DNA from: Octopus bimaculoides
Taxonomy: Eukaryota
Assembly (NCBI RefSeq): GCF_001194135.2
Contig: NC_068982.1
Coordinates: 159,732,582-159,770,438 of the forward strand
Reading direction: 5' to 3'
Length of the DNA stretch: 37,857 nt
Position numbers and translations under genes: made by a program. The notes under the pieces were generated by a model. It saw nothing but the letters and a program-made list of their open reading frames with translations, made no database searches and was not told the DNA's origin. Shown here piece after piece: positions 11,355-23,523 of this stretch (position 1 is the stretch's first letter; each line of letters opens with the position of its first letter).

Positions 11355-11589
11355 GAGGTGCTTATCTCTCCTTTGTAAGCATAAGGTCACAGGCAATATG
11401 TCTTAGCTGGCAGGAAGCGGTGCTGCATCCTAGGGCTAAACAGCAGTAGTATTATTCCCTTGATGGGGCTGTCACATTAAGTTGACAGCATACAACGACT
11501 TTATCGTATCACTACTGCATAAAGCTCTCTGAGAGATTTAGAAATGTATTATATATATATACATACATACATACATATATATATAGTGA

Positions 11590-11770
11590 GTTCAAAAAAG
11601 AAAAACGACAATAAAACAACAAAAAACAACAACACGAGGACGTGATACAGATATCGTGTTACTGGAATCTCGGGAAAGGAAAGAAAGAGAATTTGACGTT
11701 TCGAGCGGACCTCTTCGTCGGAAACATAGGAAAGTCGAAAGAAGGGAAGACGGAAGAAGAAAATATCATA
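11590..11770 (-). mobile_element. Penelope-like pseudo-LTR fragment running into a gap
   Basis: Pyrimidine-rich minus strand containing a minimal hammerhead at 11692-11724; TA flanks. Confidence 0.6.
11692..11724 (-). ncRNA. Minimal PLE-type hammerhead (CCGACGA core)
   Basis: Minus strand: TTT CCGACGA A GAG gtccg CTC GAAA CG TC AAA, the GAAACGUC ultra-short stem III form known from PLE hammerheads, with C at core position 4. Confidence 0.65.
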
Positions 11771-11919
11771 TATATNNNNNNNNNNNNNNNNNNNNNNNNN
11801 NNNNNNNNNNNNNNNNNNNNNNNNNNNNNNNNNNNNNNNNNNNNNNNNNNNNNNNNNNNNNNNNNNNNNNNNNNNNNNNNNNNNNNNNNNNNNNNNNNNN
11901 NNNNNNNNNNNNNNNNNNN

Positions 11920-11952
<33 letters not shown>

Positions 11953-11974
11953 TTTATAAATGTACACATATACA

Positions 11975-12130
11975 TATCCAACGGGTTTCCATGCAGTTTC
12001 CGTCTACCAAATTCACCCCCAAGTGATCGATACGAATCCCGTGTAGAATTGGCTTTCCTAAGTTCCTGTACATTGAGAGCGAATCCTAAATCACGTGGTT
12101 TGGAGTGAACCTCTCGATCGTACAGCCATG
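11975..12130 (-). mobile_element. SINE 5' fragment, probably tRNA-derived
   Basis: GTTTCCATGCAGTTTCCGTCTACCAAATTCAC...CACGTGGTT...ACAGCCATGC matches the reverse of a recalled octopus SINE head. Confidence 0.6.
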
Positions 12131-12704
12131 CACGAACACATACACAGATGAATTCATACATTTGTGCCTAAGTGTGTTTCAATGCGTAAGGAAAAAATTT
12201 TCGATACATGTTTAATATATGCCGTTATGTCGGATTATATGAAGATAATGATTCACCTCGATACTTCACAGATATCTGAAATTCGATATAACTTGTATAG
12301 TATTTTTTTATTGCATACGATTCGGAATACGTGGAGTAATCATAAATCATATTCCAATATATGTAAAGATCTTGGTTTGCTTAATTTTACATTATATTTA
12401 GAAGTGAATAATGGCAAATGAATGCATTATCTAGAAATATGTTGACACTCAATATATAAGTCAATTCAAATATTAACTTAAAAGAATACGACTTTAACAG
12501 AACACAATCCCTATACAGTAAAAGGATTTTATTCTTGTTTTAAGGAATACACTTAAATGCATTACAATCTATCGAGTTTCGCGTATGTGTTGATGTAACA
12601 AGCTGACGAATAAAATTTCGTTTTACTTCATATTTATATTGACAGTGTTTTGTTTGTCTTCCAGCTGTAAATGTAGCATATAAGTTTACATACTAATGGT
12701 TTTG

Positions 12705-12705
<1 letters not shown>

Positions 12706-12742
<37 letters not shown>

Positions 12743-12853
12743 GTGTGAGTGTATGCGTGTGTGTCTGGGTGTGTATGTATGTGTATGTGTGTGTGCGTAT
12801 GTGTGTGTGTCTCCGTGTGTGTATGTGTGTGTGCATATATATATATTTATATA

Positions 12854-12886
<33 letters not shown>

Positions 12887-13000
12887 GTATATATATATAT
12901 GTGTGTGTGTGCGTGTNNNNNNNNNNTATATATATATGTATATATATATATGTGTGTGTGTGCGTGTGTTAGTGTGTGTGTGTTTGTCTGTTTGCGTGTA
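12706..13000. repeat. (TG)n/(TA)n compound microsatellite with 10-N gap
   Basis: Direct reading. Confidence 0.95.
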
Positions 13001-14822
13001 GCACACAAATAAATATTTTAAAAATTAATGTTCCTATCTTGATCCATTTGAAGAACTTCCGTTCTGTAACGTAAATATAATTATGATTTTAAATTCCAAT
13101 AGAAAACATTGTATATATGAATTTGTTTTTAATACAACGTATATATGCGTGTATATGTGTGCGTGTATGTATGAATATATATATATGTATATGTGTGCAT
13201 GAGTGTTTGTTTGTGTGTGAGTCTGTGCGGGTGTGTATATGTAGGTAAATATAACATTTCTCCATTCAATATGTAATACAAGAAAATCAGTTTTATTTTT
13301 TATTTCATTTGATGAACGATTCAATAAACCAATTTTTTAACACAACTACACGTGAAGCAAAGATAAATTATACGTATAAAGTCATACAATTCACACATAT
13401 GTATATGTGTGTCTGTTTTGTCTGTTTGTGCATATGTATATTTATTTATATATATATGCATTCTGCGAGCGTGGCATAATGTTTCAGAGGGGAAAAAAAG
13501 AATGATTATTTCCGCGACGTAGTTTTTTATACATCACACTGTTTTCACTGAAATGGATTTATATATAAAGAAAATATTTTATGTACATTTAAACTTCTGA
13601 GGGGTATTTTGATATTAGTCTCTTATAAATGATTCATACTTAATATGTACATCTCACCCTATTTAGTATAATATAGAGAAATATAGTACATATAGTATAT
13701 ATGTGTTTTAAATATACTATTCTAAACATGTAAAGTGCTCTTTTTATATCTCCCTCTACATACTATTGAACTTCGACGTTAAGGATTGGCATGTGCAGAG
13801 AGCGGAGTTTTTTTTTATCTCCTGTTGCATTTATTAGAGTATGTTATATAAGTATTGTATTCATCCGTTTTAAACAGCATTGTCGAAAATATTCATCAAA
13901 TTTCATATATATAGATTGATTATACACAAAGCCATGCGTTTTGAAATTTAATATTATATTTAAAGATATCACTACCTAAACATTTATTTTATCAAAGCAC
14001 AACGTCAAGGAGGTTTGGTTTGAAACCAAATGACCATGGGAAATAATGAATTAAGAAAAGCGTTTCTGGTGCTAAGCTGTATCGAAACAAAATCTCGGAT
14101 TATTATATCATATGTCATATATTCAAAGCATTCATTTTTGCTTAACCAATCGATTTCAATTGCTTTTAAATTCTTTAATTTGTTTTGTTTTGATGAATGA
14201 TTAATAGTTAGCGTAGCCCTGCAAATAATCATTACAAATAAACTGGAAATGGTAGTTCAGCTGGAGGTAATATGTGTGACAATTATAACAGGACAGGACA
14301 AGTCAAGTCAATAGATAGAAGCTACTTCATCATCTCATATTCTTTCAAATGCACTATTGTAGTATTAGTCGTAAATCCAGCTTTGGCTTCTATTCTCTAT
14401 TACCAATAATTCCCTTCATTAATTACGTCCTTTTAGAATAGATATTATACAATTTCTCAGTAATAAATCCAACAGATTTCACATCATGTCATTGACAATA
14501 TTAGCTTCAATCGAATATTTGACATTTTATTATAGTTATGGTAATTATAATCATATATAATATTCTTATTAGTAAACGTAACGGAATTTAGAGGAAAATT
14601 ATATTAAATAATAGCTTTAGGCAACTATATATTTCTCAAATATGTGAGCTATAAATTTTGAGAACAAAATATGAAGAAAATGTAATTAACTGTCGATGCA
14701 ATATAGTGTCCTTATTTTGGAACATGTAAAGACATTTCAATGCAGAAGCCAACGATTGCTGCAATTTTAAAGACTACAACTGAAGTGGGATTCATTTAAA
14801 TATTTATGCTTTATTGCCAATT

Positions 14823-15227
14823 CTTAAACTGATAATGCAGAATTTTCTTCAAGTAATGCCACAAGGAGCTTATCATCAAACTCAACCGGACGTCCTGTTC
14901 GATATTCATCTTCAAGCCTGGAATTTCCACTTCTGAATTTTGCAAACCATCTTCTGCAAGTTCTTTCATTCAAGCATTCTTTCTCATAAACTGAGTGTAT
15001 GTTTCGAGTCGCTTCGGCTGGAGTTTCCTCTTTTGATCTCATAAAGCATCATGTGCCTTAAATGCTCTTTGGATACTTCCATGTTAGAAAGGGTTTTCAT
15101 CAAAGAAATTTTAATTCTATTATTCTGTAAAATAATATTTAATTAGTTTAAATGTACACAGGTTATTAAATTTCATTCAATTTTAAAAAAAGGTAAAATC
15201 GGACAGAACTTATGGGATGACCTGATA
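14823..15227 (-). mobile_element. Mariner transposon 5' fragment (TIR plus HTH), truncated
   Basis: TA + TCAGGTCATCCCATAAG TIR at 15227-15209. ATG at 15082 gives MEVSKEHLRHMMLYE, then after a frameshift AEATRNIHSVY..NERTCRRWFAKFRSGNSRLEDEYRTGRP. Confidence 0.9.
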
Positions 15228-15273
15228 CATGCCCGTATGAATGTAAGCATGCATACATACATGCATACATAAA

Positions 15274-15330
<57 letters not shown>

Positions 15331-16329
15331 AAGTATGAGAAAGAGGGGTACAGGTAATTCCTGTTACATACTCGTTACAACTAAGAAGAGGGTGTGTAAA
15401 TTAATAAGAAGCCATCAACACACACACCAGTACTATTGATGTCCGGTTCTAATTAGGCAGCCGGTAAGCAGTTATTAGGAATGTTGGATCATTACACGGT
15501 ATTGAAATAGATGAGATATGAAGGGCCTATCGTGTTTTTTGCCTGATTGATTTTGCACCCCTATAGAAAGGCATCCATTTAGAGTGGTAAACCTAAAAGG
15601 GAGTACGGAGAATCCGCTTGATGAGCCATAACACAATGAAAAAGAGTAATCTTACACACACTGTCTACAAATGCCTTAAACTACCTCCCTCGCACTAGTA
15701 ACCACCTGCAAATGTGAATTTTCAATAATGGAACGGGAATATACGAGATAATGTTCCCATTCTTAGTCCCTAACAAATGTCTTTCTGGTAAAAGTAATAG
15801 TGATCTACAATTTTATATAAATATTTCTCTCAGCAATAACGCAAACTATGAACAAACACGAGTGGCAATACAGATTACATGTAAGCATGTTCGTTCTGAA
15901 TAATGGATAATAATTGATTGTGTCATTATTCTTGTTCGGAGTGCATTGAATTACACTGTCCTACACATAGGGGAGGGGGGCGGTTGGAATCCGAGGGACC
16001 AACGATTTGTTATAATCTTTCAGAATATAGAACGTGCTACTTACCAAACGTCAACATTCCAATATACTAGGAATTATTAAACTGAACAATAACGACACCT
16101 CTGCCATTCTAGTAGACTAAAGAGGAAACTTGAAGTTTAAGGAAATAAAGTTGGTTGTCGACCAAATCTATTGTACCTACAACAAAATATTTCTAACACG
16201 TCAAATAACAAGCGCGATACGACTAACAATGCTTAATGTGAATCTTAAGATGAACTGAAACGCATTTTACTGCACAATAATAATAATCAATAATAATAAT
16301 AATAATAAAAACAATAATCAGACCGAGCA

Positions 16330-16745
16330 AAGTGTGATAGCGACAAGAAGTACGAGATAGCATCTGGAAAACCAGAATAGGAATATAATCACTGAAAAAT
16401 CAGCTAATGAAAAGGAAGTTGTTTGAGACTAGTGAAGAGATCGATTGATAATTTTCAGCAACTTCCCAGTGTGCATAATATCACGCGTTGCTGTACCAAC
16501 CAAAATCTTGTAGAGTATTGCCAGATGAAGTAGGAAACTCAAGAATTTATAGCGTCAGTCTATTCGCGAACGAATGTCAGAGTTCCAGACAATACTAGAA
16601 AAATTATCAAAGCTGAAAACATCTACAGATTTATCACTAAATTATCCTTTTGGAACTCGATAGCTCAAGGATGGAAATATGGCAGCATTGTGACGATTTA
16701 CAAGAAAGCGTACCGGACACATTAAGGAAAACTACAGCATGTTAA
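16330..16745 (+). mobile_element. Highly degenerate RTE/CR1-type LINE RT fragment
   Basis: WKYGSIVTIYKK..R (~16673-16735) resembles the pre-RT W..A.IVTIYKKGDR..C.NYR motif. Upstream boundary is approximate. Confidence 0.45.
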
Positions 16746-17669
16746 ACAGTGTGTATACTAGCAAGTGCTGGAAAATAATACTCCGGACTTCTGCATGTGT
16801 CATGGTATGCACGAAAGATGAAATTCACATTATAATTTTTAATGGTAAAATTCTAAAGAAAAAATCGTGCGAAAGTTTCAGTACATATCAAACAAAAACT
16901 ACTATTCGTCAATCCAAACACTGATAGTGTAATTGTTTTAATCTTCAGCAAATTCACCAAGAGTTAAGGTTTGCTGTGTCAACAGAAAACCGTGAGACTT
17001 CCAAATATTAGGATCTTTCAGATGTATTCTTTTACCTAATGTCTATGGTTGAGATCTTTTGAATGACATCAATTAAAATTAATTCATTCACAGCGTCCTT
17101 TCAAAGTCCTGACATTATTGAACAAAATTATTAGATTCCATATTTCAATAATCCTAAAGGGATAATTGTTAATTAAGTACGTTTTTTCTGAATTCCCATA
17201 CTTTCCACCATACAAGCGTAATATTTATGAATATTGTCTGGGTTTCCTTGAAATGAGTTGAACTCTTTATGAGAGATAAAAGCTTCACCAAAATTGATTG
17301 AAGTAGCATGAGATTTAATCTTTATTTATTGTTTAACCAACGTGTTTTAATGTGTTGAGACATGAAATAAGTTGCATTTTCTTGGATGAAACTCGCATAA
17401 GTTCAAGAAGAATAAAAAAAAAACAGCCATTTTTTTTTAACTAAATGTTGAAATATCTAGCATAATGCAGATGCCACTCCTAATATAAAATTAAGAATTA
17501 TCAAGCATGGCGATAAAGAATAACGCATTTTTTCACGATAACGGATTTTTAAAAATATAAATTCAGGTCATAAACAACAACATTAAGATGGTAACTAGCT
17601 TCCAGGAAATAATTAATGGCAGTACCAAAATGAACTACTTCAAATGTATTGATTTCGAATGGCATGAGT

Positions 17670-17805
17670 TGGTTACACTGATCCCAATGCATGCCCAATT
17701 GCTACTTATTCTATAGCCACCAGAATTTGAATTCAAAACGTAAGGATTCGCGGAAAGCTGTTGAGCATTTTTACCAGGCGTGATAACTATTTTGTCAGTT
17801 CGCTA
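17670..17805 (-). mobile_element. Degenerate SINE, related to 9935-10146
   Basis: GAATTTGAATTCAAAACGTAAGG...GAGCATTTTTACCAGGCGTGATAAC aligns by eye to the reverse complement of the SINE head, with an internal deletion. Confidence 0.55.
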
Positions 17806-18687
17806 CAGTACATACTACAAAATATTATAACGATTAATCTCATTGCAAATCTACTTAACACGCTATCTCCTGTGTTTTATCACTTTGCCATTCAAACATT
17901 TACTAAAGTAGTGTGGATAGCAATGACGTTAATATTATTGAGTATACTTGGAAAACGTTACACTCTTAGCTATTTTTCTGCCAAATATTCGATATAAATG
18001 AGATCCTAAGACTTACGTCTATATTATTATGGAATCCTTAGGCAACGCAAGAATATATAACATGCTTATATGTGAAACACATACCACTGACATAGGCCAA
18101 TAACGAGTTGATGGTTTAATTATATAGACAAAATTATTTATAACCATAAACGCTTACTACATATTGCCAAGAAAATCATCCGTATCATGACTTGTTCTTC
18201 ACATTTAATTATTAAATAATTTAGGAAAAAGCAATTGTTTTACAGGAGAAATAAACTTTTTAACCTCAGTCACCATTGCAAACAAAACAAATCAACTAAA
18301 AATACTTTAAAACTGGACTTCATTTTTTATGACCACCATGAAATGTTTAATCACTAGCAATGTAAATAAAATAGCTGAGATTAATTGTACATGCAAAAAT
18401 ATATGAATAAACTCTTTGTCTTGTACAGATTTCAATATGAATGACGTGGAGAACAAATTCCGTTAAACCAATATAAATAATGAGAATAAACATACGTATA
18501 TGCTGATGCTAATTTCAATATTAAAACATTTCAAACATATATTTGCCACGGCTACACAAAAACGGATGTGGCGAAATAAGGTTGTTTTTAGTTTGGACAG
18601 AGAGTAAACTCAGTACACTATTCAGCATAAGCGGACAAAATCTTGATCTACGTAAGTCATATAGAAATACCGAAAATATGATCTTAC

Positions 18688-18825
18688 AGGGACTTGAAAG
18701 AGACAAATTATTATAGTAATGGAATAAATTTAATAAATGCTGATGAGACCCCAATGCATATGAACCTCTATAAATCTGTTGACTAATTGTCAACTCAAAA
18801 AGTTCAATAAATATTTGTCTAAATG
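18688..18825 (-). CDS. Candidate symmetric (phase 1-1) exon of unidentified host gene
   Basis: Acceptor ttgaactttcctttccag, donor CCT|gtaaga, open frame AFRQIFIELFELTISQQIYRGSYALGSHQHLLNLFHYYNNLSLSSP inside ORF 18521-18874. Confidence 0.4.
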
Positions 18826-19789
18826 CTGGAAAGGAAAGTTCAAAATGGATACAACTCGGAAAGATACAACACAAAGCGGGAAAATATGGAACTATTTATC
18901 ATGATTACAAACAGATACACATGATTCTGTCTTTCGTAAAAGTTTCAATTAACAGCAAATTTCATTTCAACATTCTTATATAGATGTTCATTAAATCAGT
19001 AGCGGAAGCTCTCTGTCATGTCCTTCTCTCTTAAAGACTCCGCAATTTTATGCATATACATTCACGTAGCTTTCTCGAATTCAAAACACAACCTCATCTG
19101 AAAACTATTGAAAACGTGCATTAGCACACATTTTTGTGTATCAAATATTGATACATAAATTTTTAAGTATATGAGTAAAACATCGCTGTATAATTACACT
19201 TTTACATGCACATATTCCTTTTTACTTTGTGTAAAACTATCAGCTAAATTTAATTTCTAACACTCCAAATGTATTAAAAAGGTCTCTTCGACAATTTTTC
19301 CGTAGACACCCTTCACACAGGAAGCAATATTGCATGTTCACTGATGGAATAACTTTTATACAAGTGAGTTAGAAAAACGCTGACTTTGGCTTAAACAATA
19401 AATTCCTTTTCCTTCCATTCTATCATTGTGACTCTTATCACAATGGAATCTACTTCAAACGTACTCTTTATTATTAATGCGAAGAATTTAATAACTTGAG
19501 AATTGATCATATTTCCACCACAGTCATTAGTCAGTCTCCCATCATCCTCTTCTTCATTACATCTCAATCTTCAACACACTATTTCTCTTCTTTTTCACTC
19601 TCTTTGTATGTGAGTTTATATGTGTGTGCGCATGTGTGTGCGCATGTGTATGTGTCTGCGTGAATGCGTGCATGCGTGCATATGTGTGTGTGTGTGTCTA
19701 TGGTTAGAGCATACAAACGAGAGAAAGAGGCACTCAACACAATTAGTAGGAGTTATATCTATTATTATATAAAAAAAAACAGCTTGATT

Positions 19790-22071
19790 TAGAACCATTG
19801 AAGTTAAACTTCAGTATTGCTTGTAGCATAGTCACATTTTTCAGCGTGAGCATAGTTTTTATCGCAATTGCTCTGGATGGATCCGGTTTCCGTCCGTTTT
19901 TATTTATTATCTGTCCCAAGTATTTCATTGTTTCATAAAGAACTTGCATTTTTCTTCCGTTAACTTGAAGCCAAATAACTTTCTAACGCGTTCTACATGT
20001 TGTTCATGTGATCCACTTTTTTATTAGAATAACGACTAAATAGGCGCTAGAAAAAACACAGTCACCTAGCGTTATATCTATTGTTTGCTGAAATTTGGAA
20101 GGACCCACCTAAGGAAAGCCGCTTAAATTTAAATAAGCCAAAGTGTGCATTAATTGTTACTAAATGTTAGCATTCTTCTACTTGGATTTGTAGAGATGCT
20201 TCCGAGCGGTCTAATTTTGAGAAGAATTTCCTTTCATTCAGTTTTCCAAACACTTCCATAGGACACAGCAATTGGTAATTATGCGAGATCAATCAATCAT
20301 TCAAACCTTTGAAAGACTGCACAAACACTTAATTTGTTAGGTTCCTTTTTTACGTAGACCTTAGGTGCTACCCAGTTTGGGTGGTCTGTCTTCTCAATTA
20401 TTCCTAGGATTTCACGTCTTTCAAGTTCCTTGTTTATCTTGTCTGTTGCATTGGTTTTGGATTAAATACAGGTGTTACACTTTGTTTTACAGCAATTTTT
20501 TTTTTCGTGCATCAGAGAAAACATCCTCCGAGAAAACATCTGGAAATAAATGTTTTATTTTTTATCTCAGTCCCTCCCCTCACTCTCATTCAAAACTTCG
20601 ACTGAAACGACTATATTTCCATAGAAAACACTTATGGGCATGGTCCATAATTTGAATAGTTTCATCCACTCTGTGCCGAATAGAGTAACTGAACCTTTTA
20701 GCACATATTGTTTTGCCGTTTTCATTTGGTGACGAACTGTTACATTACACACATATTCACCGACAAAATACAATCGTTTACCCGTAACACCATGTGCTAC
20801 TTTTGTAAAGTATTTAATTTCAGCCTACCGATATACTTCCAAGTTTTTTCATTCACAATGGTATCACTTATGTTTTTAATTTTCACATTTACGAATTTTC
20901 TCTTTGTTATATTATCATTTTATTTTCACGCCAAACTGCTAATTCTTTTTTCTTGGTTCCAACGTTTTGTCATATTGGGTTTTACAGTGTATTTTTATGT
21001 GTCCAGTTTTTCCAAAAAAAAAAAAAATAAAATTCCAGTTTCTTAATTGAACAGTTTTTCCTCAGGTAAAGATCTTCAATTGCAAAACATGTTTATTATT
21101 ACTTCATTCTTGTCCTGTCTGTACTCAATTTTAGTACACAGTTTATTTATATTCTGTCTCTTTCGCACTTGTTTCAGTTGGATGTCATTTTTATGTTAAC
21201 ATTTCTCCGAGCCATGTCTTAAATTTACTATTCTGTCACACTCTTCTGACACTTGTTGTGATGTTACAGCTTGTTTTGTTTTTTTTCCCAGGTTAGCGAG
21301 AATACTCGTTCTTACTTCTGCGTCTTTCAATGCAGTTTGTCCCCGAGTAAATATCAGACACTTGAACATATCTGGCGTTAATTCGTCCAGCTTGAACTTT
21401 TTACATACCATGTTAACTCTACCAGCATATGTGATGTCGTCCTCGTTGTTCTTTTCTTGATTCAAATATTTCCAACATGTATTGAACAACGAGTTTTAAC
21501 ACAATACATCTATTGTATCTTTAAAGTTTATGTTAGAAGGTCTTTTCAGGAGTACTTAATTGCTGTAACGCTCATGCTCTCCTGCTGCCAGTTTTCTTAA
21601 GATTAAACACATTTTCATATCGCCATCCCGATCTCTGCGCTCTTTATTGAAAATTCGTTCGTATCTTCTGTATTAAGCCTCGAAAGTAACTCCTGCGTCT
21701 CGTTCTAATTTAAACTCTCTTATCAAGTTCGCAACATAATCTGGCGAGTACATATCTTTCACCATTTCCTGGTGACTTACTATTCATTAAATGCAGCATT
21801 TGTTGCTGTAATAGTAATAGTTGTTGTTGCTTCTCCTGTTGTTCCTGCAGTTATAGCAACTGTTATTGTTCTTACATTTGTTGTTCCTGTAGCTGCTGTT
21901 TCTGCTGTTGTCCTTGCAGTTGTATCTGCTGATGTTGGTCTTTTTCAGTTGCTGCCGTTTCTGTATTTGCAACTCGAGAAAACCGGCCAATAAATCTTCT
22001 ATACTTTTACGATTTTTTCTGTAAAATTCGCACAAAACACATTTGTGAATTTGTTAATTCCTCGTCACCAC
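19790..22071 (-). mobile_element. Ty3/Gypsy (Mag / K02A2.6-like) internal region, decayed and 3'-truncated after RT
   Basis: gag-like FNTCWKYLN..ELTPDMFKCLIFTRG..KDAEVR; protease-region YVLKGSVTLFGTEWMKLFKLW; RT KFFSKLDRSEASLQIQV..GLFKFKRL and EEKCKF..MKYLGQIINKNGRKPDPSRA. The YLDD aspartates are mutated. No RNase H, integrase or 3' LTR seen. Confidence 0.92.
22058..22070 (-). promoter_or_regulatory. Primer-binding site, tRNA-Ser(GCU)-like
   Basis: Minus strand TGGTGACGAGGAA, 1 nt after the LTR end. The complement of the eukaryotic tRNA-Ser(GCU) 3' end is TGGCGACGAGGAT. Confidence 0.7.
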
Positions 22072-22272
22072 TATTGTAATGCTTGATGTCGGATTGTTAT
22101 AACGCCAAATTTGTTATAGTATTAAAGTTAGTCGTGATCTTACATCTCTTACTATCTATTACTGTCTACTTCGTACTCTCTCTATACTGACAAACATCTC
22201 ATTATTTATAGGGACTAGCACATACCAGTCATCACGCGGAGGCTGTATCATTATTAATATTATTTTACAACA
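22072..22272 (-). mobile_element. 5' LTR (~200 bp) of the Gypsy element
   Basis: Minus strand starts TGTTGTAA and ends TTACAATA (one change from the perfect inverse), contains TATAAAT and directly precedes the PBS. Confidence 0.75.
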
Positions 22273-22788
22273 CACACAAAAACGAGATATAAGCAGTGTA
22301 TTAAAAACATGGTGTCCAATGCCTTTTGTATTGTACTTAATTAAATTATTCCAAAGTACATTATAATTGAATTATTTCAATATATATAATTACGTATTCC
22401 TGCATATTATTACATACCGATTTTACTTCACAGGAAGATAAACATTGTATGCTGGCAGTCTATTAGGCTTTACCTAAGTTCTATTATAATGCATCTGCTG
22501 TATATATCCTTGTATGGATACACTGTCTTACGCTGCTATTTACAATGGATAAAATGAATTTCCTAAGAGGAGCTTAAATGTTTGTCATGACGTATGGACA
22601 TTATATTGTCTTCCTGCCTAATAGCTTGAAACATGCACCTGAAATCAATTACTAATTAAAATACAACGTGGATTATGCATTATGATCTGTCTTGCAATAC
22701 ACACACTGGCACAAATATACACATACCTATGCTTATATACATGCACACACACACACACACACATACACACACACACACACACATACAA

Positions 22789-22840
<52 letters not shown>

Positions 22841-23523
22841 NNNNNNNNNNNNNNNNNNNNNNNNNNNNNNNNNNNNNNNNNNNNNNNNNNNNNNNNNNNN
22901 NNNNNNNNNNNNNNNNNNNNNNNNNNNNNNNNNNNNNNNNNNNNNNNNNNNNNNNNNNNNNNNNNNNNNNNNNNNNNNNNNNNNNNNNNNNNNNNNNNNN
23001 NNNNNNNNNNNNNNNNNNNNNNNNNNNNNNNNNNNNNNNNNNNNNNNNNNNNNNNNNNNNNNNNNNNNNNNNNNNNNNNNNNNNNNNNNNNNNNNNNNNN
23101 NNNNNNNNNNNNNNNNNNNNNNNNNNNNNNNNNNNNNNNNNNNNNNNNNNNNNNNNNNNNNNNNNNNNNNNNNNNNNNNNNNNNNNNNNNNNNNNNNNNN
23201 NNNNNNNNNNNNNNNNNNNNNNNNNNNNNNNNNNNNNNNNNNNNNNNNNNNNNNNNNNNNNNNNNNNNNNNNNNNNNNNNNNNNNNNNNNNNNNNNNNNN
23301 NNNNNNNNNNNNNNNNNNNNNNNNNNNNNNNNNNNNNNNNNNNNNNNNNNNNNNNNNNNNNNNNNNNNNNNNNNNNNNNNNNNNNNNNNNNNNNNNNNNN
23401 NNNNNNNNNNNNNNNNNNNNNNNNNNNNNNNNNNNNNNNNNNNNNNNNNNNNNNNNNNNNNNNNNNNNNNNNNNNNNNNNNNNNNNNNNNNNNNNNNNNN
23501 NNNNNNNNNNNNNNNNNNNNNNN

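Larger units (their letters stand above)
11010..11545 (+). mobile_element. Retrozyme-like element B: inverted 5' arm, 300-nt direct-repeat period, hammerhead, 3' extension
   Basis: 11010-11146 is the inverted counterpart of 11364-11504. 11147-11191 repeats directly at 11447-11491. Extension 11505-11545 resembles the reverse complement of the element A terminus. (TA)n on both flanks. Confidence 0.75.

Noticed and set aside
11010-11504. Interpretation of element B as a DIRS-like (ITR plus ICR) or Helentron/HINE element
   Set aside because: The internal repeat is not complementary to the right extension as an ICR would be. The hammerhead and tandem organisation fit PLE derivatives better, though this is not excluded.
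12870-12970. Identical sequence on both sides of a 10-N gap
   Set aside because: Likely an unmerged contig overlap (assembly artefact).
15433-15470. TTGATGT-CCGGTT..AGCCGG-TAAGC hairpin resembling a hammerhead
   Set aside because: Too many core mismatches, including no GAAA.
20708-21046. 112-aa plus ORF (also 21772-21993, 23910-24665 and 24244-24534)
   Set aside because: Antisense or off-frame shadows of Gypsy and Penelope coding remnants.
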